64,000 bases of DNA, from positions 5,024,001 to 5,088,000 of the forward strand of contig OZ253462.1 of NCBI GenBank assembly GCA_965261395.1, given 5' to 3'. A program made the position numbers and the translations under genes. The stretch is from Candidatus Latescibacterota bacterium. GTDB lineage: Bacteria > Latescibacterota > UBA2968 > UBA8231. Of this stretch, positions 9,820 to 19,259 are shown one piece after another. Under the pieces are notes generated by a model. It saw only the letters and a list, made by a program, of their open reading frames with translations. It searched no databases and had not been told where the DNA came from. Each line of letters opens with the position of its first letter. The first letter of the stretch is position 1.

Positions 9820-10623
9820 TTAACCCAGCCCCAACACGTCTCCCATCGAGTACATCCCCGGCGCGGCCTGCGCTGCAAAACGAGCGGCGCGCAACGCGCC
9901 CAAGGCAAAGGAATCGCGGCTCGTGGCGCGATGCTGCAGTTCGAGGCACTCGCCTGGGGCCGCGAAGAGCACCGAGTGCTCGCCCGCCAAGTCGCCGGCG
10001 CGGATCGCGTGCATGCCAATCTCCTGGCGAGAGCGCTCGCCGACGACGCCCGACCGCCCGTGTACAGCCACCTCGCGCAAGTTGCGGCCCAATCCGGCCG
10101 CGGCCCGCTCGGCCAGCGTCAGCGCCGAGCCGGAGGGCGCATCAACCTTGTGCCGGTGATGCGCCTCAATGATTTCCACATCGTAGTCGTCGCCCAGGAT
10201 CCGGGCCGCCTCTTCGACCAGCTTGAAGAGCACGTTCATGGCCGTGCTAAAATTCGACGCAAACACGCAGGTAATGTCCGCTACCGTCCGCTTGAATTCC
10301 GCTAGCTGATCCGGGTTAAAACCCGTGGTCCCCACCACCATGGGCACCCCGCGCACCGCGCAAAGGGCCGCGTCTTCGAGAGTCGCCTCCGGGGTCGTGA
10401 AATTAATGACGACTTGGTCTGGCTCGACGATGCCCGCCAGCGTGTCGCTGACCGTTAAGTCGAGGCGCCGGGTGCCGACGACTTCGCCGATGTCGCGCCC
10501 CACAGCCTCGTGATCCGGGCGCTCCTTGCCGCCGCATAGCTCCAAATCAGCAGCCGTCAAAACCAAGTGGGCCAGCCGCTGGCCCATGCGCCCGGCTATC
10601 CCGCAAATTACGATTTTGGTCAT
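9820..10623 (-). CDS. dapB: 4-hydroxy-tetrahydrodipicolinate reductase
   Basis: GIAGRMG, VGTTG, EAHHRHKVDAPSG and RDSFALGA motifs. Confidence 0.96.
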   Translation of the reverse strand: MTKIVICGIAGRMGQRLAHLVLTAADLELCGGKERPDHEAVGRDIGEVVGTRRLDLTVSDTLAGIVEPDQVVINFTTPEATLEDAALCAVRGVPMVVGTTGFNPDQLAEFKRTVADITCVFASNFSTAMNVLFKLVEEAARILGDDYDVEIIEAHHRHKVDAPSGSALTLAERAAAGLGRNLREVAVHGRSGVVGERSRQEIGMHAIRAGDLAGEHSVLFAAPGECLELQHRATSRDSFALGALRAARFAAQAAPGMYSMGDVLGLG

Positions 10624-10637
10624 CGCTCTAGCCTCGC

Positions 10638-11675
10638 TTAATACGATGGATACACCACGTGCTCGACCAGCGAGTCGTCGTGCAGACGCGCTTCCACATC
10701 CACCCCGAAAAACTCGGCGATCGGCGCCAAGGCCGTTGGGTCGTTGGCGTGTACTCGGCGCGCGGCGGTCAGCACCTTTTGCACGCTCGCGTGCGTCATC
10801 TTGCCCAGCGGCTGCCGCACCGGCCCGGCCGGCATGCCGAGGATATTCATCAGCGTCTTAACCGGCACGGGGTTGCGCGCCTTACACTCGACCGGGCCAT
10901 AAGCACTCTGCTCGGTGGTCGCGACGCCGACGATGCCAAAAAGCGGTGCCAGCTTCTCAGCCAAACTATCAGCCTCGTCCTCTTGGCCCGCGTTGAGCAA
11001 TTCGGTGAGCCGCTGGATGGGCCCCGGAATGACGTTGGACATCACCGAGATGACGCCAGCAGCCCGGATATCCTCGCTCTTCATCATCGCCACGGTCTTG
11101 TCGTCATCCCCCGAGAGGATGGTAAAATCGTCGCCGCAGAGCCGGCGGGTCTTGGCCATGTTGTCCAAGTCGCCGGTCGCCTCTTTGACTTGGGCCACGT
11201 TGGGGTACTGGTGGGCGAGGATGGCCAAATCCTCCACCTGCATCATGCAGCCGGTGCGGCCGGGGATGATGTAGGGGATGACCTGCACCTCGGGAAAAGC
11301 CCGCGCCACCGGCTCGACGTATTCGCGGCGGATCTCCAAGGAGCTGGGCCCATTGTAGTAGGGATCAACCAGCAGCACGGCGTCCGCGCCGATGTGGGCG
11401 GCGTGCTCGCTGCCCGCCAAGGTCTCCTTAGTAGAGTTGCTGCCCGTGCCGGCAATTGATAGGGTGCGGCCTTTGGCCAGCGCGACCGTGCGCTCGATAA
11501 CTTCGTTGTGCTCCTCCCACAGCATAGTCGGGCTTTCGCCGGTCGTGCCGACCGCGAGTACGGCTTGGATATTGTTGGCAATTTGGAATTCCACGAGCTG
11601 CTCCAAGCCGCCGTAGTCAATGCTGCCGTCTGCGTTCATGGGCGTTACTAGGGCCGTACTACAACCTTTGAACAT
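10638..11675 (-). CDS. dapA: 4-hydroxy-tetrahydrodipicolinate synthase
   Basis: ALVTPM, GTTGESPT, PYYN, YIIPGRTG, KEATGD and LSGDD motifs; adjacent to dapB. Start MFKGCS. Confidence 0.93.
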   Translation of the reverse strand: MFKGCSTALVTPMNADGSIDYGGLEQLVEFQIANNIQAVLAVGTTGESPTMLWEEHNEVIERTVALAKGRTLSIAGTGSNSTKETLAGSEHAAHIGADAVLLVDPYYNGPSSLEIRREYVEPVARAFPEVQVIPYIIPGRTGCMMQVEDLAILAHQYPNVAQVKEATGDLDNMAKTRRLCGDDFTILSGDDDKTVAMMKSEDIRAAGVISVMSNVIPGPIQRLTELLNAGQEDEADSLAEKLAPLFGIVGVATTEQSAYGPVECKARNPVPVKTLMNILGMPAGPVRQPLGKMTHASVQKVLTAARRVHANDPTALAPIAEFFGVDVEARLHDDSLVEHVVYPSY

Positions 11676-11797
11676 GGTCGCTTTACCTCGCCTTGGCTTG
11701 TCAAAATGGGGTTGATTGGCGATTGTCTTTTTGCCGCGATTGCCGAACATAATACGCCGCCCCAACTTTTGTCAAATGGCTTCATCGAGGAGGAACT

Positions 11798-12973
11798 ATG
11801 CCCGCGACAATCGACATGCGCTATGGATGCAACCCCCACCAAGCAGCGGCCCGCTGCTTTATGGCCGATGGCCGCGCCTTGCCCATCGAGCCGCTCAACG
11901 ACGCCCCTAGCTACATCAACCTCATGGATGCGCTCAACGCTTGGCAGCTCGTCCGCGATCTCAAACATGCTCTCGGCCTACCGGCTGCCGCTTCGTTCAA
12001 ACACGTCTCCCCAGCAGGTGCTGCCGTCGCCGCACCGCTCGACGAGACCCTGAGCGCGTCCTACTTCGTCGCCGACCGCGACCTCAGCCCGCTGGCCACG
12101 GCGTACGCCCGCGCGCGTGGTGCCGACCGCCTCGCTTCCTTTGGCGACTGGATCGCCCTCAGCGACGTGGTCGATTTCTCCACAGCCGATCTCATCCGCG
12201 TCGAGGTCTCCGACGGGATCATCGCCCCCGGCTACGAGCCAGAGGCTCTGGAGATTTTAAAAAAGAAAAAGGGCGGCCAGTATCGCATCCTGCAAATCGA
12301 CCCTGATTACTCGCCCGCCGCGACCGAACAACGCCAGATATTCGGTGTCGGACTCGCACAGCAACGCAACGATTTTATCCCCGACGACGCCTTTTTCCAC
12401 AACATCGTCACGGCCCGGAAGGACTTGTCGGCTAGTGCCCGCCGCGACCTAACGGTGGCAACCATCGCCCTCAAGTACACCCAATCCAACTCGGTGTGCC
12501 TAGCCCGCGACGGCCAAGTCATCGGCACCGGTGCTGGCCAGCAGTCGCGCGTCCACTGCGTGCGCTTGGCCTGCGCCAAGGCCGACAACTGGTATCTGCG
12601 CCTGCACCCCAAAGTCTTAGGCATGAAATTCGCCAAGGGCCTCAAGCGCCCGGAAAAAATCAACGCCATCGACATCTATCTGCAAGACGACGTCACCCCG
12701 GCCGAACTCCGAGCTTGGGAAGCCAACTTCCGCGAGGTACCAGAACGGCTCAGCGCGGAAGAGAAGCGGGAATGGCTGGACCATCTCAAGGGCGTGGCGC
12801 TGAGTTCAGACGCCTTTTTCCCCTTCCGCGACAACATCGACCGGGCACAGCGTTCAGGCGTGGAGTACTTAGTCCAAGCTGGCGGGTCAACGCGGGATGA
12901 TCTGGTAATCGAGGCGGCAGACGAATACGGAATGTTGATGATTAATTCGGGGGTGAGACTTTTTCACCATTGA
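11798..12973 (+). CDS. purH: AICAR transformylase (short PurH lacking the IMP cyclohydrolase domain)
   Basis: [32 protein letters not shown] and SDAFFPFRD motifs; ends RLFHH; 391 aa. Confidence 0.92.
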   Translation: MPATIDMRYGCNPHQAAARCFMADGRALPIEPLNDAPSYINLMDALNAWQLVRDLKHALGLPAAASFKHVSPAGAAVAAPLDETLSASYFVADRDLSPLATAYARARGADRLASFGDWIALSDVVDFSTADLIRVEVSDGIIAPGYEPEALEILKKKKGGQYRILQIDPDYSPAATEQRQIFGVGLAQQRNDFIPDDAFFHNIVTARKDLSASARRDLTVATIALKYTQSNSVCLARDGQVIGTGAGQQSRVHCVRLACAKADNWYLRLHPKVLGMKFAKGLKRPEKINAIDIYLQDDVTPAELRAWEANFREVPERLSAEEKREWLDHLKGVALSSDAFFPFRDNIDRAQRSGVEYLVQAGGSTRDDLVIEAADEYGMLMINSGVRLFHH

Positions 12974-13018
12974 GGGAATATGTCTATCTTTGCAAAGGAG
13001 AGCACCAAGAGAAATGCT

Positions 13019-13081
13019 ATGACGCGAACAACCTATGAATTACCGATCCTCTGTACATCCGAAGAACTGCTTGGAGATTGA
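13019..13081 (+). pseudogene. C-terminal remnant of a PIN/VapC-type toxin
   Basis: Translates MTRTTYELPILCTSEELLGD*, resembling the 'GY.PP.ICTPEEL' terminus of a PIN family that precedes small 'DEIV.E.R' partners like the next gene. Confidence 0.5.
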
Positions 13082-13095
13082 TTATGATGAAACCA

Positions 13096-13266
13096 ATGAA
13101 CGAAAAAGAAACCACGGATGAAATTATCCAAGAGACAAGAAGGATCAAAGAAGCCTTGGCAAAGGCTATGGATTTCGACCTTGATCGCATTCTAGAAGAT
13201 GCAAGGCAGAGGCAAGAAAAAAGCGGCAGGATTGTTCTCTCTCCTCCAATTCGATCATCTATTTGA
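13096..13266 (+). CDS. Small protein typical of the partner downstream of PIN toxins (putative antitoxin)
   Basis: MNEKETTDEIIQETRRIKEALAKAMDFDLDRILEDARQRQEKSGR pattern; start may be 13084 or 13087. Confidence 0.55.
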   Translation: MNEKETTDEIIQETRRIKEALAKAMDFDLDRILEDARQRQEKSGRIVLSPPIRSSI

Positions 13267-13286
13267 GACTTCTCTAGGGGATTACC

Positions 13287-14381
13287 ATGCTAAAGCGAAT
13301 TCACATTGACAACTACAAGTGCCTCACCAACTTCGATCTGCGTTTCGGAGAACTGACGCTGCTGCTCGGAGCAAATGGATGCGGTAAGTCAGCCGTATTT
13401 GAGGTTGTGGGGAAACTGCGCGACTTCGTTCGCGGCGATGCACGGGTCGATGAATTGTTTCCCGCTGCTGACATCACGCACTGGAGTACAAAGCTTGAGC
13501 AACACTTTGAATTGGAAGTCGCCATACCCGGTGAAGTATGTCTTTACCGGCTTGTAATTGAACACAACTTGGAAAGACGATCCGCACGAGTAATACGCGA
13601 AGAACTCCTGTCCGATGACAAGCCGCTCTTTACTTTTGTAAACGGCGACGTACAGCTTTACCGCGATGATCACAGCGAGGGGCCAAAATACTCTTTCGAT
13701 TGGACGCAATCGGGTCTTGCACCAGTGGCCGAACGGCACGACAATACCCGGTTGTGTGCATTCCGAGATCAAGTCCGCCGTTTTGTGATACTTTTTTTAG
13801 AGACGAGACGCATGAGGAGCGGTTCGGATTCCGATACCGATAGGCTCAGCGACAGCGGTGAAAATTTTGCTTCGTGGTATCAGGGACGCTTACAAGAGAA
13901 TCCGAGCCGGATCTTTGAGGCGATGGATCACCTGCGCGATGTCCTGCCCGGTTTCGTGGAATTGAGACTCGTACAAAAAGGCACTGATTATAGGGAACTG
14001 CAAGCCGAGTTCTTCCCGAAGGATGGAAAAGCAGGTAGTATCTATCGGTTTGACCAACTCTCAGATGGTCAGCGTGCGTTAATAGTGATTCATTTGCTGC
14101 TCTTTGCCGATGACGCTGAGCGCACTTTGTTTTTGGATGAACCAGATAACTATATAACCCTCCCGGAATTGCAACCTTGGCTCGCCGAGTTGGAGGATGG
14201 CTGTGGCGACACTCTGCCGCAGACTATATTGATTTCGCATCACCCAGAAGCGATTGATTTTCTCAGCGACAAGGCGGTCTGGTTGGGGCGTGAACCGGAG
14301 AGTCATACACGCATCTTGGATGTCAAAAATGACACGATGTTAAAAACATCCGAACTCTACGCCCAGGAGCTCGCACCATGA
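13287..14381 (+). CDS. ABC-superfamily AAA_21/AAA_15-type ATPase (defence-associated)
   Basis: IHIDNYKCL, Walker A GANGCGKS, signature LSDGQR, Walker B FLDEPDNY and H-loop ISHHPE. Confidence 0.85.
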   Translation: MLKRIHIDNYKCLTNFDLRFGELTLLLGANGCGKSAVFEVVGKLRDFVRGDARVDELFPAADITHWSTKLEQHFELEVAIPGEVCLYRLVIEHNLERRSARVIREELLSDDKPLFTFVNGDVQLYRDDHSEGPKYSFDWTQSGLAPVAERHDNTRLCAFRDQVRRFVILFLETRRMRSGSDSDTDRLSDSGENFASWYQGRLQENPSRIFEAMDHLRDVLPGFVELRLVQKGTDYRELQAEFFPKDGKAGSIYRFDQLSDGQRALIVIHLLLFADDAERTLFLDEPDNYITLPELQPWLAELEDGCGDTLPQTILISHHPEAIDFLSDKAVWLGREPESHTRILDVKNDTMLKTSELYAQELAP

Positions 14382-14638
14382 CGCAAACAAGCGAAAGCCT
14401 GTCTATCACCTTCAAGGACAGCGTTATTCACAGCCGCAAGGACACTATGAGCGGTATGCCTGTTTTCAAAGGAACCCGCGTAGTTGTAAAGAACCTCTTT
14501 GATTATCTAGCATCTGGGTACAGCCTAGACGTTTTCCTAGATGACTTTCCGTCTGTAAGCCGCGAGCAAGCGGTAAGGGCACTTGAAATGGCAAAAGAAG
14601 CTCTGGAGAGTTACGCTTATGAGAGTGCTTCTCGATGA
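14378..14638 (+). CDS. DUF433 family antitoxin
   Basis: MSGMPVFKGTRVVVKNLFDYLASGYSLDVFLDDFPSV; ATGA overlap with the ATPase stop. Confidence 0.85.
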   Translation: MTQTSESLSITFKDSVIHSRKDTMSGMPVFKGTRVVVKNLFDYLASGYSLDVFLDDFPSVSREQAVRALEMAKEALESYAYESASR

Positions 14639-14942
14639 GTCGGTTCCATGGGCATTGAGACACTATTTGCCCGGACGTGAAGTGCGGACAGTCAAATATA
14701 TGGGATGGGACGGCAAGAGTAACGGTGAACTCTTAGATGTGGCGAGGAATGAGTTCGATGTTCTCATTACCGTTGACCAGAGCATCCAATACCAACAGAA
14801 TATCAGCGAAAAGGATGTTGCGGTCATAGTTCTCGCCGCAAAAACAAACGGCATCGATGATTTGAGAGGGCTGGTTCCTGAACTGCTAAACCACTTGGAC
14901 TTCCCGAAACGCGGGCAAGTCATCCGCATCGAAGCACCGTAA
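14619..14942 (+). CDS. DUF5615 family PIN-like toxin (VapC45-like)
   Basis: MRVLLDESVP...GKSNGELL...FDVLITVDQSIQYQQN; canonical DUF433 partner, overlapping it. Confidence 0.85.
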   Translation: MRVLLDESVPWALRHYLPGREVRTVKYMGWDGKSNGELLDVARNEFDVLITVDQSIQYQQNISEKDVAVIVLAAKTNGIDDLRGLVPELLNHLDFPKRGQVIRIEAP

Positions 14943-14963
14943 CATGGCTCCCCGCTTATTGAT

Positions 14964-17465
14964 ATGGCTGAAAATTTAATCCTTCCACTTGAGGCTTTTG
15001 TTCGTTCAGTTGGCGTGAATCGAGCTACTCAGCATGCATTCTTCCTTGGTGCAGGCGCATCTGTTAGTTCTGGTGTCCCCTCTACCGAAGAATGTATATG
15101 GGAGTGGAAAAGAAGCATTTTCGCAACCAATAACCCAGGCCTCGAAGAGCAATTCTCTGAACTGTCCCTTTCCAACGTCCAGAGCCGCATTCAGAAATGG
15201 CTGGATCGAAAAGGCATATACCCAGAGGCTGGTAGCGCCGAAGAGTATGGGTTTTACATCGAACAATGCTACCCGATCGAGGAGGATTGCCGAGCGTATT
15301 TTCGAGACGGGATACGCTTCGCTAAGCCGCATGTGGGCTATCGTTTACTGGCACGTTTGGCTCAAGGCGACTTAGTACGGTACGTCTGGACAACAAATTT
15401 CGACGGATTGACTGCGCGAGCTTCTGCTGGTTTCAGCCTTATACCAATCGAAATTGGCATTGATTGCCAATATCGTTTGAAGCGGGTTCCATCCAAGGGG
15501 GAACTATTTTGCATTTCTCTACACGGAGATTACCGCTATGACTCCCTGAAGAACACACCAGAGGAGCTACAAACGCAAGAAATAGAACTCCGAGGGGCTC
15601 TTATTGAAAAACTCCGCAATACTCCACTGATAGTGACTGGCTATAGCGGGCGCGACCAATCAGTCATGGAAGCACTTAAAGACGCCTACACCGAACAGGG
15701 AACAGGAACTCTTTACTGGTGCGGGTATGGCGATGATGAGATGCCGGAACACATCGCCGATTTGATTAGACATGCAAGGACAAATGGACGACAAGCTTTT
15801 TATGTTCATTCACAAGGCTTCGACGATTTGATGGAACGCCTTGCCTTGCATTGTCTTGACGGCGAGGCACTCCAAGCGGCGAAAAACGATCTCTCCCGAA
15901 TAGAGACACAGCAAATCACAAGCAATGCATCTGAGATTGAGTTCCCCAAGCAGTGGCTAACGCGAGATGCCGACGTCCACGCCTCCCTCGTCCCCTATCG
16001 CCTGCTGGAAGAAACTCCTGACCTTTCCACCGGCGACCCCAATGCCGGCAACATGCTCATCCAAGGCGACAATCTGGAAGCACTGAAGGCACTGCTGCCA
16101 TTCTACGCCGGCCAAGTGAAGTGCATCTACATCGACCCACCGTATAACACGCGCTCGGCCTTTAAGCACTACGACGACAATCTCGAACACAGCAAGTGGC
16201 TGGCGATGATGTGGCCGCGCCTTGAACTTTTGCGTGAGATGTTGGCCGAGGATGGCTCTCTTTGGGTGTCCATTGACGATAACGAGGCGCACTACCTCAA
16301 GGTCATAATGGACGAAGTGTTCGAGCAGAAAAACTTCATAACCAATGTGGTTTGGCGAAAGAATTACGCGCCAAAGCCAAGCGCAAGGCATTTCTCCGAA
16401 GACCACGACCATATTTTGGTTTACGCTCGTAATGAGGATACCTGGATTCCCAACCCCATGCCGCCCACCGATAAACAAAACAGAGCGTATAGAAATCAGG
16501 ACAACGACCCGCGAGGGCCTTGGCGGCCCAATAATCTTACTGCTCGCAACTACTATAGCAGAGGGACTTATAGTATTCGCTGCCCAGGCGGACGTTTAAT
16601 TGAGGGACCACCTGCTGGTTCATATTGGCGAATTTCGGAAGAAAAATTTTGGGAGATGGATCGCGATGGGCGTATATGGTGGGGTAAGGACGGCAATAAC
16701 GTCCCTGCACCCAAGATTTATCTGAACGAGGTCAAGCAGGGCATTGTTCCGCAGACATTGTGGAATTACGAAGATGTTGGTCACACGCAGGACGCAAAAA
16801 AGGAAACTGTGAAGCTATTTGGTAGTGAAGTTTTCGGAACACCAAAACCCGAACGTCTTATCCAACGCATCCTCCACATCGCCACCAACACCGGCGACCT
16901 CGTCCTCGACTCCTTCCTCGGCTCCGGCACCACCGCCGCCGTAGCGCACAAGATGGGCCGCCGCTACATCGGCATTGAAATGGGAGAGCACGCCGTTAGC
17001 CATTGCGTCCCGCGCCTGAACAAAGTGATTGACGGCGAACAAGGCGGCATCTCCAAAAGTGTCGGCTGGCAGGGCGGCGGCGGGTTTCGCTTCTATCGCC
17101 TCGGCCCACCCATGTTCGATGAGGAAGGGCATATTCGCTCCGACATTCGCTTTTCCGTGCTCGCCGCTCACGTCTATTTCAGCGAAACCGGGCGTCCGTG
17201 GCGCGGTAACAGCGTTTCCCCCTTCCTTGGCCTGTACGATGGCCGCGCTTATGCACTGCTGTACAACGGCATCCTCGAAGACAAAGGCAACGTCTTAACC
17301 CGTGAGACCCTCGCTGTGATTCGAGAGGAGATTACGCGCAAAGATGCTGATTTCGCCGGGCCGCTCACAGTCTACGGCGAGCAGTCGCGCTTGACGCTAG
17401 CGACGCTCGACCGGGAGCGCATCGTCTTCAAACAGACGCCCTATGACGTGAAAGTAAGGACTTGA
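14964..17465 (+). CDS. Fusion protein: N-terminal SIR2-like (NADase) domain + Type III R-M Mod adenine methyltransferase
   Basis: aa 1-~310 carry SIR2 motifs FFLGAGASVSSG, WTTNFD, LHGDYRY, GYSGRD and LYWCG. aa 331-833 carry NMLIQGDNLEALK, IDPPYNT (motif IV), TPKPERL and DSFLGSGTT (motif I). One uninterrupted frame. Confidence 0.9.
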   Translation: MAENLILPLEAFVRSVGVNRATQHAFFLGAGASVSSGVPSTEECIWEWKRSIFATNNPGLEEQFSELSLSNVQSRIQKWLDRKGIYPEAGSAEEYGFYIEQCYPIEEDCRAYFRDGIRFAKPHVGYRLLARLAQGDLVRYVWTTNFDGLTARASAGFSLIPIEIGIDCQYRLKRVPSKGELFCISLHGDYRYDSLKNTPEELQTQEIELRGALIEKLRNTPLIVTGYSGRDQSVMEALKDAYTEQGTGTLYWCGYGDDEMPEHIADLIRHARTNGRQAFYVHSQGFDDLMERLALHCLDGEALQAAKNDLSRIETQQITSNASEIEFPKQWLTRDADVHASLVPYRLLEETPDLSTGDPNAGNMLIQGDNLEALKALLPFYAGQVKCIYIDPPYNTRSAFKHYDDNLEHSKWLAMMWPRLELLREMLAEDGSLWVSIDDNEAHYLKVIMDEVFEQKNFITNVVWRKNYAPKPSARHFSEDHDHILVYARNEDTWIPNPMPPTDKQNRAYRNQDNDPRGPWRPNNLTARNYYSRGTYSIRCPGGRLIEGPPAGSYWRISEEKFWEMDRDGRIWWGKDGNNVPAPKIYLNEVKQGIVPQTLWNYEDVGHTQDAKKETVKLFGSEVFGTPKPERLIQRILHIATNTGDLVLDSFLGSGTTAAVAHKMGRRYIGIEMGEHAVSHCVPRLNKVIDGEQGGISKSVGWQGGGGFRFYRLGPPMFDEEGHIRSDIRFSVLAAHVYFSETGRPWRGNSVSPFLGLYDGRAYALLYNGILEDKGNVLTRETLAVIREEITRKDADFAGPLTVYGEQSRLTLATLDRERIVFKQTPYDVKVRT
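17412..17465 (+). repeat. Direct repeat copy 1: 3' end of mod
   Basis: CATCGTCTTCAAACAGACGCCCTA (17420-17443) is identical at 19268-19291; encodes RERIVFKQTPYDVKVRT*. Confidence 0.9.
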
Positions 17466-17496
17466 GACGCGAATCTGACCAGAAAGGAGATTCAAT

Positions 17497-19248
17497 ATGT
17501 ACCAAACCGGTGACACTATCCGAAAAATTCTTTATGAAATCGAGCGCCATGATATTGTGTTGCCCGCCATCCAACGCGAGTTCGTATGGAAGCCGGAACA
17601 AATCTGCCAGCTATTTGACAGCATCATGCAGGGATACCCCTTTGGTACCTTTCTCTACTGGAAGGTCCAGCCGGAAAACAGTACTAAATTCCAATTCTAC
17701 GATTTCGTTCTCAATTATCATGAGCGGGACGACCCCCATTGCCCGCAACTGTCCCCGATGCCGAATCGGCAGTTGACGGCAGTACTCGATGGACAGCAGC
17801 GCCTGACCGCACTGAATATCGGCCTGCGTGGGACCATGGCTTGGAAGTTGCCGTACAAGTTTCGGACTAATCCCGATGCCTTCCCTGAGCGTCGTCTTTA
17901 CCTAGACCTCCTTTGGAACCCTGACGAAGAGGACGAAACGGGGAGACAGTACCACTTCGATTTTCTGACAGAAAAAGAAAGTCAAGAGAGCGATGAGAGA
18001 GAGGGGGAATGCTATTTTCCTGTTGCGGATATACTGCCGATGGCCGGGGGGCTTCCTATGGTAGAGTGGCTAAACCAGCGGCTGCCGCAGGAACAAGTGA
18101 ACCAAGCTTTCAGCACGCTCGATAAACTTCACCGGGTTGTACATGCTGAAAAGATAGTGGCCTTTTACGAAGAACGCAGCCAAGAGCTCGAGAAAGTCCT
18201 CCAGATCTTCATTCGTACGAACAGCGGTGGGACCATTCTCTCGTATTCGGACTTGCTGCTTTCGGTCGCGGTCGCGCTATGGAGAAAGCGTGACGCCCGA
18301 GAAGAGATTCATGCGCTGGTGGATGAGCTTAACAGAATTGGCAGCGGCTTCTTTTTCTCCCAAGACTTGGTTCTCAAGGCTGGGCTGATGCTGAGCGACA
18401 TCGGCAGCGTTGGCTTTAAGGTGGATAACTTCAACCGAGAGAATATGGCCAAGTTAGAAGAGAAGTGGAACGATATAAAACAAGCCCTGATCTTGACAGT
18501 CCAGCTAGTTTCCCGTTTCGGCTTCAATGGACAGACCTTGAGTGCAGACAGTTCCATTCTGCCGATTGCGTACTATCTCTACATGCGAGACCCAGGAGAA
18601 TCCTATCTAACGAACAGTAGGTTCAAACAGGATCGGCAGGAGATCCGTAAATGGCTAATTCGGAGCCTCCTGAAGGCTGGCATCTGGGGTAGCGGCTTGG
18701 ATACACTGCTGACTGCGCTCAGGCAGATCATTAAAGAGAATAGCAGCAATGATTTTCCTGTCACCCGGATTCGTGAAGAAATGACACGCCGGGGCAAATC
18801 GCTTGTCTTTGAGAAGGAAGAACTGGAGGAGTTGGCTGATATGCAGTACGGTAACAAGCTCACATTCGCTCTGCTGTCACAAATATTCCCCTTCATTGAT
18901 CTGAGCAACCATTTCCACATAGACCATATCTTTCCCCAATCTCGATTTACCGATCGGCGACTTAGAGATGCAGGTGTCCCGGATGACAAGGTAGAAGATT
19001 TCAAACAGCTCAAAAATGGACTTGCCAATCTTCAACTGCTTCAAGGTCCAGAGAACAACGAAAAACGCGCCAAGATGCCGGCTGATTGGCTATCCCAAAT
19101 GTACCGTGATGATCCCAAGGGCAAGCAGGCAGACAAAGACCGGCACTTGCTAGGAGAGGTTCCGGAGGAAATAACAGAGTTCGATGTTTTCTACGCTGCT
19201 AGGAGAGCACGTTTGAAGTCGAAAATCGACCAGTTGCTGGGGAGTTGA
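17497..19248 (+). CDS. DUF262 domain protein with C-terminal HNH/DUF1524-like motif (GmrSD-like nuclease)
   Basis: LPAIQREFVW, LDGQQRLT and FIRTNSGG motifs; C-terminal HIDHIFP...LANLQLL...N; RBS AAAGGAG. Confidence 0.88.
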   Translation: MYQTGDTIRKILYEIERHDIVLPAIQREFVWKPEQICQLFDSIMQGYPFGTFLYWKVQPENSTKFQFYDFVLNYHERDDPHCPQLSPMPNRQLTAVLDGQQRLTALNIGLRGTMAWKLPYKFRTNPDAFPERRLYLDLLWNPDEEDETGRQYHFDFLTEKESQESDEREGECYFPVADILPMAGGLPMVEWLNQRLPQEQVNQAFSTLDKLHRVVHAEKIVAFYEERSQELEKVLQIFIRTNSGGTILSYSDLLLSVAVALWRKRDAREEIHALVDELNRIGSGFFFSQDLVLKAGLMLSDIGSVGFKVDNFNRENMAKLEEKWNDIKQALILTVQLVSRFGFNGQTLSADSSILPIAYYLYMRDPGESYLTNSRFKQDRQEIRKWLIRSLLKAGIWGSGLDTLLTALRQIIKENSSNDFPVTRIREEMTRRGKSLVFEKEELEELADMQYGNKLTFALLSQIFPFIDLSNHFHIDHIFPQSRFTDRRLRDAGVPDDKVEDFKQLKNGLANLQLLQGPENNEKRAKMPADWLSQMYRDDPKGKQADKDRHLLGEVPEEITEFDVFYAARRARLKSKIDQLLGS

Positions 19249-19259
19249 TTCCCCACTGG

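Noticed and set aside
11798-12973. purH as a truncated pseudogene
   Set aside because: Matches the known short AICAR-transformylase-only form and has a good RBS and an intact terminus.
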